A DNA stretch of 64,000 nt from PVC group bacterium (GTDB lineage: Bacteria > Omnitrophota > Gorgyraeia > B26-G9): assembly GCA_024231215.1 (NCBI GenBank), contig JAAEQR010000142.1:420593-484592 (forward strand), written 5' to 3'. Numbering within the stretch: the first letter of the stretch is position 1; each line of letters opens with the position of its first letter. Shown here in pieces: positions 63,811 through 64,000 of this stretch. Position numbers and translations under genes: made by a program. The notes under the pieces are model-generated. The model did not search any database, was not told where the DNA came from, and saw only the letters and a list, made by a program, of their open reading frames with translations.

Positions 63811-63912
63811 TCGTATCTCGTGTTTAGCATCTCGTATCTCGTGTTTAGCATCTCGTATCTCGTGTTTAGTATCTCGTATGTGCGAGATACGATTCACTAG
63901 ATACTAGATACG
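63811..63912. repeat. Heptamer array family A (10 units; 3 x 21-bp higher-order repeat) plus inverted arm
   Basis: (TCGTATC TCGTGTT TAG[C/T]ATC)x3 TCGTATG, then CGAGATA CGATTCA CTAGATA CTAGATA CG. Confidence 0.9.
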
Positions 63913-63916
63913 GCTT

Positions 63917-64000
63917 TTACTCTGGGAAATAAATTCTGAGCGCCTCCTCCAGATTCATTATACTTTCATCCATAAGCACCTTGGTCTCCTTTATATTATC
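63917..64000 (-). CDS. Probable C-terminus of F1 alpha subunit (truncated by window end)
   Basis: ...DNIKETKVLMDESIMNLEEALRIYFPE*, resembling AtpA C-terminal helix; position upstream of gamma; only 27 aa visible. Confidence 0.55.
   Translation of the reverse strand, partial: DNIKETKVLMDESIMNLEEALRIYFPE

Noticed and set aside
63811-63880. Repeats as a possible CRISPR array
   Set aside because: Units are directly tandem with no unique spacers and no cas genes nearby
63805-63897. ORF-track N-terminal extension of gamma (and similar extensions of ymdB and pilB2)
   Set aside because: Encoded by heptamer arrays; downstream ATGs fit the family N-termini better, so they were not used as starts
61551-64000. 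N-ATPase assignment for the F1-like genes
   Set aside because: Order here is A-G-D, whereas N-ATPase operons begin D-C and end A-G

Overview
Bacterial chromosomal window with moderately low GC and almost all genes on the minus strand; the only plus-strand gene found is tRNA-Glu. Gene content suggests the PVC superphylum, most likely Candidatus Omnitrophota (inference, not verified). From the 5' end it holds: glyA (partial), rpiB, a TsaC-LMW-phosphatase fusion and a purine operon (purE, D, M, Q, purSS-L, purB) interrupted by a degenerate membrane GAF-GGDEF gene; an orphan histidine kinase; tRNA-Glu(CTC); a V/A-type ATPase operon (E-C-A-B-D-I-K, Na+-type K subunit); ymdB-rny-ygfA; a translation and housekeeping block (rnhB, rplS, trmD, rpsP, murA, prmC, prfA, rpmE, rho, coaE, glgA, polA); and about 23 kb of type IV filament genes. 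These comprise an Akkermansia Amuc_1098-1101-like secretin cluster, pilB-pilT-pilB-pilC behind pgk-pilin-tpiA, and a T2SS-like cluster with a GspE-PilZ fusion. Directly upstream of that cluster is a strongly divergent F1-like ATPase set (alpha-gamma-beta, no epsilon downstream). The two strongest leads are (i) the divergent F1-like ATPase next to the T2SS-like locus in a cell that already has a V-type ATPase, and (ii) at least nine 7-bp-period tandem arrays in five sequence families at gene junctions, often as inverted pairs, including a matched pair bracketing pilT. No CRISPR array, rRNA, transposase or prophage was seen.
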